Shown piece by piece: positions 38,223-53,200 of a stretch of 64,000 nt of DNA (the first letter of the stretch is position 1; every line of letters begins with the position of its first letter). The notes under the pieces were generated by a model. It did no database searches and had not been told where the DNA came from. It was given only the letters and a program-made list of their open reading frames with translations. The position numbers and the translations under genes were made by a program. This DNA comes from Monocercomonoides exilis PA203 (taxonomy: Eukaryota > Protista > Preaxostyla), in contig LSRY02000019.1 in the NCBI GenBank assembly GCA_001643675.2, positions 1,302,001 to 1,366,000 of the forward strand, read 5' to 3'.

Positions 38223-41200
38223 CTAAACCTCTCGATATGGATACATTCTGCCAAGAGGATCTTTGCTTGCCGCAGTCTTTGCCGAGGCAAAGCTTCGGGG
38301 TGTTCCGCTTTGGGGCGAAGTGAAGTAATTGGCTGGACGAGAAGCAGTTGGCGAGACAGTTGAGATTACAGAATGAGCAGATAGTCCAGAAGGAGGAGGA
38401 GAAGTGGAAGAGATGGCAGAAGATTGTAATTTCGATGATGATGATGAAGATGATGAAGACGAATATGAAGGTGGATAAGAAGCGAATGATGAAGGTGCAT
38501 ACGATGATGAAGAGGAGGATGAAGAGGATGAAGGAGGGGCTGCCTCAGATTGGCGTGCCAGTGAAGAAGGAGAAGTCAAAAACGATGAAGTCGGAGTGCG
38601 CAGCGGAGATTTCCGGACAAAAGAAGGAGAGTCATTCTTAACTGCCCTTCGCATTTGTGATGTCTCAATGCCTCTTTCCCTCTCTGCCACATCCAAAATG
38701 CCACTTCCTCTCATTCTCAGCTTCTCATCCCCCAAACGCCGATCCGCACTTCGCACTGCACTCGACAGCGGCGACCGCTCTCTTCTGTAATAGTCGCTCA
38801 TCACGCTCCGTGAGGCATCTGTCTCCAGCCGAAGCATTCTCTCTCTTTCTCTTTCTCTCTGCTTCGCCCGCTCTTCTTCGACAATCTGCTCTCGAACAAG
38901 CCTTTCTCTCTCCAGCTCTGCTCGTATTTTCTCTCTCTCTGCCTCCATCTCAACCTCCCTGCGTATCTTTTCTCGTTCTCTTTCTCTCCTCTTCTGCTCC
39001 TCTTCTCTCAATAACTCCTGTCTGATTCGCTCTTTCTCGTGCTCCTTCTCTATTTCCAGTCTTATGCGCTCTCTTTCTCTTTCTCTTTCTTCTTCCTCTT
39101 TCATTCTCTGGAATCTTATTCTTTCTCTCTCTCTTTCAAGATCCATCTGTCTCTGAGCCTCTGCTTGCCTTTCCCTCTCCCACTTTCTCTCTCTTTCTCT
39201 CTCTCTCAATTGCGACTGTGGCAGCAGTTGCGGAGCAACCAAACTTCCCATTTCGTATCCATCACCAGAAAGCAGTAGGCCATCCCCATCTTCTACTCCT
39301 TCCTCCTCTGCTCCATCCAAATCTCCGATGAGCTGCTTTGGCGATTGTTGTGCTGAAAGAGTCAGCTTCATCAGTAGCTTCTGTCTGATCAGCTTTTGCT
39401 TCTCTTTTGCCGCTTTCTCTCTTTCGAGTGCAAGATCTCTTTCTTTCTCCAACAATAAGAGCTGCTTTTCTTTCTCTTCCTGTTTCATTTGCTCTCTCAC
39501 CATCTCCTCCATCTTCCTTTCTATCTCTCTTTGCTTTTCTTCCTCCGCTCTCTGCTGCTTGATCAGCTCCTCCAACATCTTCTTTCGCGCTTCTTCCTCT
39601 TCTTTCATCTTTCTCTCTCGTTCGACTGCTTCAGCAGCAATTCTTTCTCTTTCATCTGCTCTAATCTTCTCTTCAAGCCTCCTCTTTTCTTCCTCTTTTC
39701 TCTTCTGCTCCTCCAAAATCCTTTCTCTTTCTCTTTTTTCTTCTTCCTCTCTTCTTCGCTCTTCCTCTCTTCTCTTCTCTTCTTCTCTTCTTCTCCTTTC
39801 TTCTTCCATTGCCCTTCTTTCCTCTTCTTCCTTTCGCTGTCTTTCTTCCTCTTTTCTTCGTTCTTCATCTCTTCTTCGCTTTTCCTCAAAGAATCGTTCT
39901 TGTTCAATCCTCCTTTGAAGCACTTCCGCTTTCAACCGATCAATCTCTTTCCTTCTCTCTTCTTCCTTCTTCCTCTCTTCTTCCAGCTTCGCACTTTCTT
40001 GTCTTCTTTTTTCCTCTTCTCTTCTTCTATCTTCTTCTTTGTGTTTTCTTTCCTCCCTCTTTCTTTCATCTTCAAGCCTCTTCTTCTCCTTTTCACCTGG
40101 CTCTTCTGCTTTCTTCCTTTCCTCCTCTTTCTTCTTCTCTTCTTCTCTGCGTCTGGCTTCTTCCAATCGCTTTCTGTATTTCTCTTGTCTGATTCTTTCT
40201 CTTTCCTTCCGCTCTTCAATTGCTCTCCTCTTTTCATCCATAATTTTATTTGCTCCTTCTTCCTTTTCCTTCTGTTCTGATGTCTTAGCCTCTTTTTCTT
40301 TTTGCTGTTCAACTTTCTCAACTTTCTTTTTTTCTTCTTCAGATTGCTGTCCCTTCAAAGACTCATTCATTTTTTCTTGTTCTTTTGATTTCGTTTCCTC
40401 TTGTCGCATTTCCCGCAGTTGCTTCATCAGATTCGGCGAGTCAGAAGAACGTGCAGGTTGCTGGGTGATGAATGAAATGTCTTCTTGTGCAGGCTTTGCT
40501 TGTACAGGCTCATGAATCACTATGTTTCGTATTGGCCCAGATTCAAACGACGAATGGAACGGAACTTCTTCTGCTTCTCCTTTTCTCTTTCGAGTCATCT
40601 GGTCATCTTGCGACTCGTCCATCTTTATCGGCTCTTCAAAAGCAAACATTCGTATTTCCGTCTGCTCCTCTGATTCATTCCTCCTTTCTGTTTTTTCGCC
40701 TGATGCACCGTTCTCTTCCATCGTCAGAAACACGCCACCTTCAGAAGACATCGATGCACGCAGCAAATCATCTGCTCCCTTTGCAAAGTCCATAGCCACT
40801 TTCTGTCTCTTTTCTTCTTTCTCTTTCTTCTTCCTTTCTCTCTCCTTCTGCTTTTCCAATCTTCGCTCTTCTCTTTCTTTCTCTTCTCGCTCTCTTTCCA
40901 TCATTTCTCTCTCTCTTTCTACTTCCAACTCTTTCTCCCTCTCCAGTCGCTTCCTTTCTCTCTCCTTCTTTCTCTCCTCTGCCCTCAGTTCATTTTCTTT
41001 CGAGTTCCCACTCGTCGAAGCGCTGATCAGTCTCAATGCATCTCGCTGTTGTGGTGTCAACAGCAGCCATTCAGTTGAGCTTCTCCTTCCATCATCTGCA
41101 CACTCAACACGCACAAACTGCATCCACCCTCTTCCCATCAGACGATATGAACGAGGCTTCCATTCACAGCTAAGCAGCGCAGAAAGCTGCTTCCTCTGTT

Positions 41201-44200
41201 GCTTCATCAGATCAATCTCCAAATCAACAAATCTTCTCTTTGTGTTGATGATCTCGTTCATCATATCGCTCTTGCGTCGTTCTTCTTCTCTTTCTTCCTT
41301 TGTCTTCTTCTTCATTGCTGTCTTGTCCCAGTCTCCGCTGTCTCCTCTGGAATGCGTCAAACTTGAACTAAATCCAGAGCAACTTGCACCTTCTGTGAGC
41401 CAAAGAGAGATTTTGTCCTTCAATGCGCTCTCCTCCTTCAGGAAATTGGACTCATCTTTGATGTCTCTCTCAGCTATCACATTGCTCTCAGCTGCCTCTG
41501 CCGCTTGCTTTGCGCTCTGCAACTTTGTCGCAACTGCCACAAACGGAACAGTTTCTCTGCCTTCCTGGATCACAAAGTCAGATAGCCAGGCTTCTTGGTT
41601 CCGAATCTCCATCTCTCGCTGAAGGACCACCTCATGGAAGGCATCGCTTGCCTCATCCAAAACAGGTGATTTTATAAACACTTCGAACTGATTTGGATCC
41701 ATCGCTTGCTCCAATGCTGCCATCTCTTCATCTTCCTCGTCTGCTTTTGCCTGCTTGCCACTTTGCTCGATGATTGAGACAGCAGTTTCGATTGTGGGCT
41801 CATCGAATTGCGCTGTGATATCAATGTGATTCTCTTTCAGTGCATCGATCACTTCGAATCCCAAATCCATCTCAGACAGCACCTTCTCCAGTGCTTCCTC
41901 TTCCTCATCTTCTGAATCACTCTCAATCTCCAATGGAATTGAAGCAACTGTCAGAAGATCATCATCTTCAGCCGCACGGCGCAATCGATCTTCTCTTGCT
42001 TTCTTTCTCTCCTCTCTTCTTGCTTCTCTCAGCTGTGCCCTCTCCGTCTTGGCTTCTTGGTAAGCATGTATTTTATCTCTGATGGATTGACGATACTCCT
42101 CTCTCAGCTGTGCTTCTCTGTCTGCTTTTTCTCTTCTGATCTGATTCCGCTTTTCTCTCACCCATTCTTTTGCCTCATCTGCAACAGAAATAATCGAACG
42201 AGTCAACTTTTGAGCATTAAGCACTTCCACTGCTTCAGAGATTCTCTTCTCGCACTGATACAGAAGTTGCTGGGGTGTCATTACAACATCAGAAAAGAGC
42301 AATGAATCAGCAGGAATTTGCAGAGGAACATCGTGCATTGTGTAGACCGCACGAAGTGCTTGAAATTCTTTGTTGCTATTTAATGACTGGCTCAACAAGA
42401 AGCTCATTTTCCCACTGTTGTCAAGATTGTCCTTTTCATTGCCTTCCCTCAGGCCATCGCTTGCTTCGTTGTCACTTCCATATGAAGAATTCAGTGGATT
42501 CACTGAAGAAGATCCCATTTGTTGTGCCTGTGGATCACTCTCCTCCATATTTCCGTCACTTTCACCAGTCATTTTCAGGTACGACTGCTGTTGTGTGTCC
42601 TCTTCGATTGCCAAATGAGAATAAGTTGATTCCACAAACCTCACAAGCACATCCGAAAAGAGAATGCGATTTTGAATTCTGATTGCTTTCTTCTTGCTGC
42701 TGATCTTCTTCCTGAGCTGTGCATGTATCTGTCGATATGTCTCCATCATCCTCGAATGGAAGCTCGGGTCAATGTGCTTGCGCAGCCCTCGCTTTTCTTC
42801 GCGTTCCCGTTCTTTTTCGCTTTCTCTCCACAATTCTTCGTCTTTCTCAAGCGCTTCGTCTTCTTCTTCGTCTTCTTTTGATGAGTTGAAGCTCAAAAAT
42901 TTATTGATCAAGCTCATTTCGTCATCATCTTCGTTCTCCTGCTTTTGCTCTGAAGTAGCCAACATGTCAACTTCCATATCCATGTGAATCTCCTTCATGC
43001 ATTCTGTTATCATTTCGTATTTCGTCTCATCTTCCCTCAAAATAGCAGCACCAATTGCATGGTACATCCACTTCATTTTCTCCAGCTCTTCGTCCATGTC
43101 TTTGTCAGGCACAGCAGGCACAATTTGCCTCAAATGAGAGAGAAAAGCTGCAATCTGCTCAGACCCCACATTTGATGCAGTGATAGAGGCACGTGAGATC
43201 GTCACACGCAAAGTCTCCACAACTGGAATAAGCTGCTTTTTAGGCTTTCCTTCATCTTCGTCGTCATCATCAAAGTTGCTGAATCCATCGTTTTCATCGC
43301 TATCATCTCCGATTTGCGCAGAAGCCAAATGTGAATGAGGGAACATTGGGGCAGATGATGCAGAGGTCGATGGAGACAAAGGTGTCAGAGGCGACTGAGG
43401 CATTGAGTTGGTGTTTGGACTTTCTGGTGTGTTGATATGTAGCTCTTGCCCTTTCAGTGTTGGCACTGGGAATGTGGCTGGACGTCTAGGGAAGAGGAAC
43501 GAGACAACAAGCGTGATTGGATCGAGCAGAGGAACAACTAACGATTGATCGGTGCTTCTTGCACCCAGCTGCAATTGAGGCGATGATGAGGGAATTTGCA
43601 CACGAGACTGTGCACGAGAGAGAGTGGTTGGTGTTGAGGGCTGTGGATATTGCTGTCTAAGTGTGGAGAAAGAGATATTCTTTGCTGGTGAGCCCGAAGG
43701 AGAGGAATATGGTGAGAATGAAAGCGGATGCAAAGAAGACATCCTTTTCATGCGAAGAGTCTGATTAGTAATCGATGATCCACTTGCTCCATCAATCCTG
43801 TTGTGATGAATAGCAGAAATAAAGTGATTCGCAGTTTCTAGTAATTCAACAGCGTGCGTTGCATTTGTTATTTCATATGGAGCGAATGTGAAGGCAAACA
43901 AAACATGGCGCAACGAGTTCGGCTCGTCCTGAGACAAAGTCACAGGAATGTCTTGCATCACACTGAAGCTCATCTCTTTCATCAGTTCAATCAGTTTTTG
44001 CTTCATCTGTTCTTCTGTCTCAACAGTTGCCTTGCCATTCACATCAGAAGGCGACGAGAAGTACTCTCTCATTTCACTATCTTCGTCATTCGCATTGATA
44101 ATCTGTGAAGAGCGTGTAATGTTATCTCTTGTTTTCAGAAGATTTCCGACTTTTCGTTCAAACAGTTCCATTAGCGAGTTTGCAATCTCAATCTTTGTTG

Positions 44201-47200
44201 GCAGCACAGCCGAATTGTTACCATCTGCATTTGCGTTTGGAAATGCTGCATCGAACGAGAACTGTCCATTTTGGATGCCTTCATTTCCGTTCAATGGCGA
44301 CACGTTCGGGTTGATCTTCTCTTCTCTTCGAGACACAAGTGGACGCTGGCGAACGTCAATTGCTGCAGTCTTCAATGAGAACATGGCAGAGAATGATGGA
44401 GTCCACGCCACAGATAAAGCCAACTTGTCCATTTTTGCAGTGATTGGAAGTGGAGTACTTGTAAACTCGACTTGTGCGAGAGTGAATCTGGCAGCAGTGA
44501 GAGTGCAAATGTGCGATGGAGCAACAACTGTGATGGTGTTTTTGACTTTCTCTCCAAAGCGAGCAATGCTTCTGAGTGACACAATCGTTGAAACATCAGA
44601 GAATCTGCTGGATACATCACTGTCACTTGCAAGAGACTTCAGCCTTCTGATTGAAGCACCATCGTCAATCTCGCCAAAGCCAACTTGTGACGCCAGCTCA
44701 TCAACCTCGCTGGGTGCTCTCGAACGACGAGATCGTGTCTCATCTGCATCTGTGCTCTTTTGAGTTGAAGAAAGCGAATTCCTGTCTTCGTTGTTGGCAT
44801 CGTCTTCGTCCTTCGCCTCCAAATAGTTGGTGATCATGCTGACATACTCTTCCAACACCCTGTGTGAAACATGGAACCGTGACACACAACCATCCAGAAT
44901 GCTGCTCTCCATCATCGCAACCATAATTGACTCTCTCTCTCGTTTCAGTTCGTCTCCTCGCATCACTCTTGGTGCAACGGTCTGCTTCTCAGCAAACCTC
45001 TTCTTGTGCTGAGAGTCATCTTCAGAGTCTTCATCGTCGCTTCCACTGTCACTGTCACTTTCTCCTTTGATTTTCGTCAGAATCTCTTCTGAGAACTGCT
45101 GTTGAGGCCACACCGACTTCACCTTCAGATAGCAGCCGCAGACATACACAGCCTCTTCTCTTGCTGTAAAGGCATCCAGCGCCATGTCTGCTTCAATCGA
45201 GGCCAATTCCTTGTAGCGCAGAAGAGACGCAAGAAGTGCCTTTCTCGCTTCAATCTCGCCTTCAATCAAAACATCCTCAGCCATCTTTTGCTCTTCGGTT
45301 GAGGCATTAACTCCCCGATAGTTCTCTCCGTCGCGAACACTTTCAATGCTTCCACTAACTGAACTCTTTCTCAGCTTAGTTCGCTTTGATGCTGTTTGAT
45401 CCGTGTTGTTAATCAATCTGCTGCGATCTGCAGTTGCGCGAAGTGCTTCGTCCACCTGCTGTTCAATAGAAAGAGGAGAGGCAAATGACAAAGTGCATCC
45501 GATTTCCTTCTCCATAAGACGCTGCAGATGGCGCGGAAGAGATGCAGCAGGAAGTGGCAGGCCAGCTCTGATAAATGCCATTGCAGTTGGTGTTGTCTGC
45601 TCTTCAACAGCAGACAGAATGTGCTGAGTAAGTGTGAAGCATGTAGTGACAGAAACATCAGGCGACACTGCAACTGATGGGAAGTGGAACTGGAATGTGG
45701 TCTTTGGCTGAGCAAGACAGCGATGTGGCGCATCGAGCGTGAGAGCTGACATGGTCGTGATGCCATTTATTGACACAATTTGTTTGGCTGTCCACAGTTT
45801 TGTGGATGTGAATGCATTGACAACAAAATCTGACTGCATCGTTGCTTGAACAATGTTGCCAATCTGCTCAACATCGCCAAATCCCATGTTTCCTGAATTT
45901 GCATTGAATGAGTTCATATACAACTGTGATGAGATGATATGCAACGGTGGAACAGAAACAACAATTGAAGGATTGTTTACAGGTTTAACTGATGACATGT
46001 ACTGCTCGTCAACAACAAACTTCACTGTCGCCATTTTGTTCAGAGAAAGCGAAAACTCTGGTGTTGATGATGTGTCTGAAAGAGACAAAGGACGCAGCCT
46101 GAACTTCTTTGAAGCAAGTGGTTGAGACTGCGGAGGCTCAAAGAAAGCATTCAACCGCTCTATCGAGCTTTCGCCCAGCACAGCAAGTGATAAGCCCATT
46201 GAAAGGACTGATTTTGCCGTTGAAGGCGAAAATACGAATGAGAATGTGGATACATCCACAGACAAAGGTGCTTCATTCGCCATCTGACTGATGTTACCGT
46301 CAGATCTCACAAACGTCGAAAACAGTGTGCTGTCTGGATTTCTGTAAGTGAGCATAAGTGAATCCAATGTGCAGTTTGTGCATTGCTCCTTTGATGGGAG
46401 CAGAGTTGTGGAGGAAGAAATGACTGCGTCATGTGCTGGTGGCAGGCCAGTCATTGAAGGAGAGCGGGACAATGCAGAGGATCGCAAAGAGCGCGCAGAA
46501 GAAATGGAAGCTGACCGGCTGTGTCTGAATCTTGCAGGCAGACCAGCGCCAGCTCCAACGCCCATGCCTACACCAACACCTGGCGCAGGTGTTTGAGTTT
46601 GTTGGGATTGCTGAGGAGAAAGAGAAGGATCAGACACAGACATCTCCATTTCTGAGAGCTGCATGGTGAGGCGAGAGAGAAGTGAGTTGTTCTCCTTTTT
46701 CAGCATAGCATCGACAGAGAGTGAGGGAACAGACAGAATGACACGTGCTGCGACTGTCTCATCCATCACATCATCATCAATCGCTGTCTGTTTGAGGAAC
46801 GAGCGGTCTTCCTCGTCTGTGTCGTCTTGCTCATCAGTGTCTCCCTCATCGTTGTTGCCTTTGCTCAGAGAAGAAGAGGAGGATGTGGAGGAGTACAAAC
46901 TGGTGGCTCCAATGACTGTGCGGAAGACGGCTCCAGTGAGATGCGAGTTGCGCGAAACAACAGACGCCACAAATGACTTCAAGTCGACTGTCACAAGGGT
47001 CAGCGTTGTGAGTGGCGGAAGCTGCTGCACTTGCGGAGAAGAAAGAGAAGATGATTTTTGAGGCGATGAAGGAGCAGAGCGAGAGAAGGAGGATGAGAAA
47101 GGCTGTGAACCACTTTGAGGGGATCGTTGGGCTGATCTTTGTGGTGGAGCAGAGTATGTTTGCCTTGGCTGGCTCCTCACAAACAGAGAATGCTGCAAAT

Positions 47201-50200
47201 AAGAGACAAGATAGTCAACTGCAAGGTGTGTGGCAAAGGAGAGGATGGGCAAAGACACCTCCACAGCAGGAATTGGATGGTCGCATAAGGAGCGGGTGAA
47301 AGGCGAGACTGTTCCTGAATGATATGTTGGTGTTGCACCTTCAACCATCGAGGCAGCAGAGAACGGCTCGTCGGCAGATGCACTTCGCTCTGTCAGCAGT
47401 GCTTCTTCAGAGTGCGAAGGAAGAGCTGGCGGTGGCAGACACGCTATTTTCAGTGAACGTCTGGTAGAATTTGAGTCAGCGCTGTTGTCAAAGGTGGAGT
47501 AGTGGATAGTGAGAAGCGGGATGTTCAGTGCAGATTTGTTGACTGGTAGCATTTCTCGAGATGAGCCGCCTTTCTTCGATACAAACGACAGAATGCCTGA
47601 TGCCCTTTGTGGACGCTGAGGCATCTTCTGGTTGCGCGACATGGTCGATCCAGGAGTGGAGCTGGTGGCAGATTGAGTTGCTGTGAAAACAGCAGGCATC
47701 TGCTTGATTTGCGGGTGGAGGGCAGACACAAGCTGTGTGGAGGTAACCATCGAGATGCTTTTCAGAGAACCAGAAGATCTGAAGCAGCAGTTGCGCTGGC
47801 TGTTTCTTGAGGGGAGCCGCTTTCCAATGTCAGAAAGTGGATTGGCTTTGTTGAGAGAAACGCTGAGGAATGAGATTTCTTTGATGTGGACAAGAAGAGA
47901 TGTGGGAACTGCTGATGCAACCAGTGTTGTTGTAGAAGGAAGCAGAGCTGCAGCAGCCTTTGCGTTTTTGAAGAGGGTGCGAAGGTATATGTGCTTGTTT
48001 GTGACATTCGAGCGAGACACACCTGATTCAAGTCCCAAATAGAAGTCTGTGACAAACAGCCGGAATGAAAACAGCGGAGAAACGGAGAAATGAACCAAGC
48101 TGGAGAGGAGCATTTGAGATGGCGTTGCTGTTGCTTTGGGCAAAGAATCGAGAATGAAAGGCGGGGGTTGGATTTCTGGGCAGATGTTGAATGCGAGGCA
48201 GAAAGTCTGCTGGACAGTTGACCATCTCACAAAGTCAGACGGAGCAAATGAAAACTTCGGAGAATTGGAAGACGCCCTCAACGCCACAAGACGCAGCACA
48301 ATCGGCGCAATTAGCTCGTTTGACTTTGATGATGAATTGTCAGAGAAAATGTTTGTGCGACTGACAAACTGAGAGAAGCCAGGAGGAAGCTGTGAAGAGG
48401 ATGATTTGGCAGATGCAGGCTGAGGAAGAGAGGGAATCATAAAGTCTGGTTGGAAGACAAAAGAGACGCTTGCACTGCTTGCCGAGAACAGCTGTGTTGA
48501 TGGGAACGGATTGTACATCAATGAGATGTCATTTGCTGTGCAGGACAATGAAATAAGAGAAGTGAAATAGTGATCGAGCTGCTGAGGAACCACAGCTTTT
48601 GCAATGAAAGGCTGTTTTCGTTGGCTTCTTTGAGAAGAGACAGAAGCGCTGAATGAGCTGCGAGAAGGTGAAATATTGGGTGATTGAAGAGGAGTCAGCA
48701 ACGCAGCATCTGAAGGAACAGGGCTGGATGGTAAAGGAGGTGGTGATGCGATCTTGCTTGGAGAATGAGAAGGAGATGAGGCAAAAGATGATGATGATTG
48801 CAACGGTGACTCGTTCTTAGTATTTGCTGGATGGATCATTGCAATGGCAGACACGTTGTGTGCAACAAAGGAGCACAGAGGAATTCTCACAAACTCTACA
48901 GGCGCTGCCTCAGCTGTTGTGCCTTGCTGAGCCAGAGTGGTTGGGAGTGTCTTGTCTACAATGCCCATCCTCCTGTTCCATCCGCTTTTCTCTCTCTCCA
49001 ACTTCTCAATGGCTGAGATGAATACTTTGTGCGCATCGAGCTCTTCTTTCTGTCTGATCATTTTTGTGCTCTTCTTTTCCAGCCAGTCGTTTCTGAGGCT
49101 GTCGTAACGAGGATGATGCACATTCTCCACAACTGACTCATCTGCCTCTTCAGAATTCGTCCGCTCCTCGTCTCCACTTCCACTGAAGTTGCTGCTTTTC
49201 TCGCTGTCACTTGAACGCGAAGAATCTTCGCTAGATGAATTATCCAAGTCATCTTCACTTTCTTCATCAAAGCCACGTCTTCTGTTGCGCAATGCTTCTT
49301 TTCTGGTCTTTCTTGCTGATCTTCTTTGTCTCTTGTTCGAAGGCTCATCATCGTCATCGTCATCGTCTTCATCATCACTCAACGAATTGGCCTTCATTCC
49401 TCCTTCTTCATCTTCATCTTCTGACTCACTTCGCAATCTTCGTCTGGCAAGTCTTCTTTCTCTGCTTCTCTTCTTCCTTTCCTTCTCAATCTCCTTCTCC
49501 TCTCTCCTCTTCCGATCCATCTCCGATGCCAACCGCTCTCTCTGCTCTTCTCTCTCCTTCTGCTTCCTCTCAAATACAAAGTCGGACACTGAAGCAATGA
49601 TGCTTCTTGATGTGTATGCTCTTCTGAGACGTGTGCAGAACTCGCTTTCTGTCAGATAGGAAGCAAAATGCGACACGGACAAGAACAACTGAATGGGCTC
49701 TTGTTTGGGGAATCCTGTTGCTGTCAGCTGTTCTTGCAGAATAAGAGTGCGAATGAAAGAGGATGTTAGCTTGTTGACAGGAGAAGTGTGTTCCTTTGAA
49801 GCCAATGGTAATGATGATATGAATGATGATAGCAGAGATAAGTGATCAGAAAGTGGGCGAACAATATCAGTTTCTGATGGAATGAACACTTCGAATGCAT
49901 CAACATCCACTTTCACAAACGGACATCTTGAAGAAGTCTCCGAGTTCTGTTTGGGCAGTGCCACATGTGCTGATGCATTGCGCTGCTCTTCCCATTCCAG
50001 AAGGCTCTGGTCAACCTGCTTCAGATCAGAAGATTCCAGTTGATGAGACTCACTCAGCATGGCAGACTTTGCAGAGGGTGGGATTTGCGGCAGGTCGTCA
50101 CTGATGATCGAATGAGCATCCATCGAGTGTGGTGTGATTTCAGCACGAGCATCTTCAATCTTCGAAGTCAGTGCTGAACTGTACGAAAGTGTCTGCATAG

Positions 50201-53200
50201 AAAACACTGGTGCAGCTTCAAGCTCTTCTCCTTCTTCGTCCCCGTGCTCTTCATTCTCTCCGTTCAATGCGCTGTCATCTTCATCCAACATTTGCCTCGA
50301 TGCATCCACATCAAGCTTAGATGGTGACATAAATGGTGATCCTCTTCTTTCCTCATCTGAAACAGCATCGCCTGCTGCACTTTGTGTCAAGTATATCTTC
50401 ATCGGGCGATAGTTCCTCCTTCTCATCTCAACTCGCTTGAATAGCCCCCTCAGTGAAGGATCGAATTCTGAGAGTTCTGTGTTTTGTCCGCTGTATTGTG
50501 CAGAGAGAGAGGCTGGAGAAGAGGAAGAGCCAGCAGCAGAGCCAGTGTCTGTGACTTCGAAGGGAGACACAAATGGATCGGGTGGTGGAGCAACAGATCC
50601 TCCTTTGTGGGCAGCGTTGCTGTGGCGTGGGTGGAGAGTGGCCGCTGTGTATGAATCAAGAGAGTTCTGCATCCATGTTGGGACAGAAGGAATATCGCCA
50701 GCACTGTCAGAGAAGAACTGCACTGTGGGAGATGTTGGTGGAGACTGACCAGGTGTCGAAGTCTGTGAGTGCGATTTTCGCATCTTTTTGACTGATTTTT
50801 GCTTTGGACGAGAGGGTTTAATGATTGGAATTGGAAGGGAGCCAGTGAATGGCTTCACATTGCACACCACCAGAGACATCAGTTTATCAACCTCTTCTTC
50901 CTCTCCTGCTGATGCTGCTGACTCCTGTGGAGCTGACATGCGATGAAGAAGAATACGAGAAGAAGAAGTAGATGGAGTGGATGAAGGAGAATTATTCCTG
51001 CTTTTCTCGCCGAGTGGAGAGCGGCGTCTTTCCTTGGCGGGTGTGTGTGTCTGAGAGTTGCTTCTCAGATGGCTGGTGCGTGTGAGCTCAGTCCAGCACA
51101 CATTCACAATCACTCTTTCGCATTCCACACTCGGAAACACTGGCTCCAAACAGCACGACAGCTGATGAGCAAACAGAGAAGTGCTGGCAATAGCTAGGGG
51201 CTGAGGCAGCAATGTGGAAGGAGAGAGATGATAGCGATGGAATGGATGGCGGATGACTGTGGCAATCTGTTTCGCATTCAGCTCTCTTTGCTTTCTTTTT
51301 CCCTTTTTGCGATCTTCTTGACTGGGATACTCATTTGACGAGACAGAAAGCACATTGATCTGATTTGTCTGGAAGAAGATATCCTTTCCAAGTTTTGTGA
51401 CCAGCCTTCCCAATGCGATTGAAGTGGCCTGGCTGCATTTCACAGCTCTGACAGATGCGAGTGAGAGAGCCAGAGAAGGTTGGGCATGCGCAGACATCGT
51501 CAGCTGCACACTGTCTGTTTTGAGATCAACGAAGACTGTGCTTGCAGAGGAAGCAGGCGCAGGCAGTGAAAGTGCAACGATAGAGCGAGAGAACAAGAAG
51601 GAGGCATCGAATGATCTGTCCCACTGCTTCTTCCATTCTTCACAGAGAGGCACGCTGATGGCAGACACACTCAGATCGACTGTGCCTACGACAGCAGTCA
51701 CAGAGAGGGCTGAATACATCGAGCGCTGTTTTGACTGAAGTGCTCTTTGAGCAGCAGATAAGCCAAAAGTGGTGTTGTTGATGGAGTCATTAGATGATTG
51801 AGAGGGAGATGAGATGTAGGAGACGGTGCATTCCATTGCAGACAGCTGGAGAATAGGCACGTGGTGATACAAAGAGCGAGGTCTGGATGGATTTGGCCGC
51901 GAAACCAAGTTTTGGAGGGTCAGCTGTGTTGTGGAAGCAGAGCAATAAGCTCCATGGGGAAGAGAGAAAGTGGTGGAGATGAGGAATGACTGGTGTGCAA
52001 TGACCACAGAAGGCACCGAAGAAGCATCAGAATACGAAAACGAGGCCTTTGGCTGCGGCAGCACGATGGAGTCGACTTTGGAGATGACTGGGATGATCGA
52101 GTGCTGAATGTGGAGTGAAGGGATGAAGAAGCGGAGAGGAGGAAGCGGACGGCGCTTTGAGAAAAGCTCAGAAGAAGAACTGCTGCTGCTGTTGCTGAGA
52201 GAAGAGGAAGGAACATAACGAGATTCCACTGGCTGTGGCTTGGTGGCAACTGACGATTGGCCGAATGGAGAGCTGAATAAAGAAACAGAAGAAGATGAGG
52301 AGGAGGATGAAGAGGAAGAGGAAGAAGATGATGAGGAGGAAGACGGAGGAGCTGCTTGAGATGCAGAGAAAGAGCTTTGTTTCCCGCTGACTGAAGATGA
52401 AGTGCACACAAAAGTCTGTCCAGGGATTGGATAGATGGACACGCTTACGCCTTTCAGGAAAGCTAAGCTCATTTTGACTGATCTCAGAACTTTCGTCTCT
52501 TGTGGAGCGAATTCTTCTGCCAAGGAGATATTTTGTCTCTCCGCAAATGTGCTGTTTATCTGTGCCAGTGGATCGTCCATTGTCTGCTTCAGCATCTTCA
52601 GCTCCTGCTCTTTCATTTTGCCGGCAAGTAGCTCTTCCAGACGCTGTCTGCGCAGCAGGCAAACAGCAGAGACAGCTCCAGTGAGCAAGTCAAGCACATC
52701 TGAAGTGACTGCACACACTTGAAGGAGAGTGTGGAGGGTATCATGCACAACAACTGTTGAAGACACCACCACATCCACATCGACCACTGAGAACTGCACA
52801 TCAGACAGATGCTTCAGAGCTTCATTGTCTGATTCATTCTCTTCAGATGCATCACTCACTGACTCACTGGGCAAAGAGAAGAAGACAGAAAATGATGTGA
52901 AGGGTAATCGAACTGTGGCAGCGCTTGGTTGCAGAGCGCCTTCTGCATTGGAGACGTACCTGTCGTCATCGTCGTCGTATCCCAAGCCATCGTCATCAGC
53001 TCCTCTGTCAATTGGATGAGCTCTGCTTGTTGCCTGCGGCATTTTTTGCTCTCTTCCAACCAAGTTCATCTGCTCCTCATCCACAATGGCAAACACAAAC
53101 AGAGAAGAGAATGAGGCTGAGACAGATGCCACTGGAGGTTGTAGTCCTTCACCACTCCTCCCAAACACATCGTGTTCCTGTGAATTCGTTCTCCAGTGCT

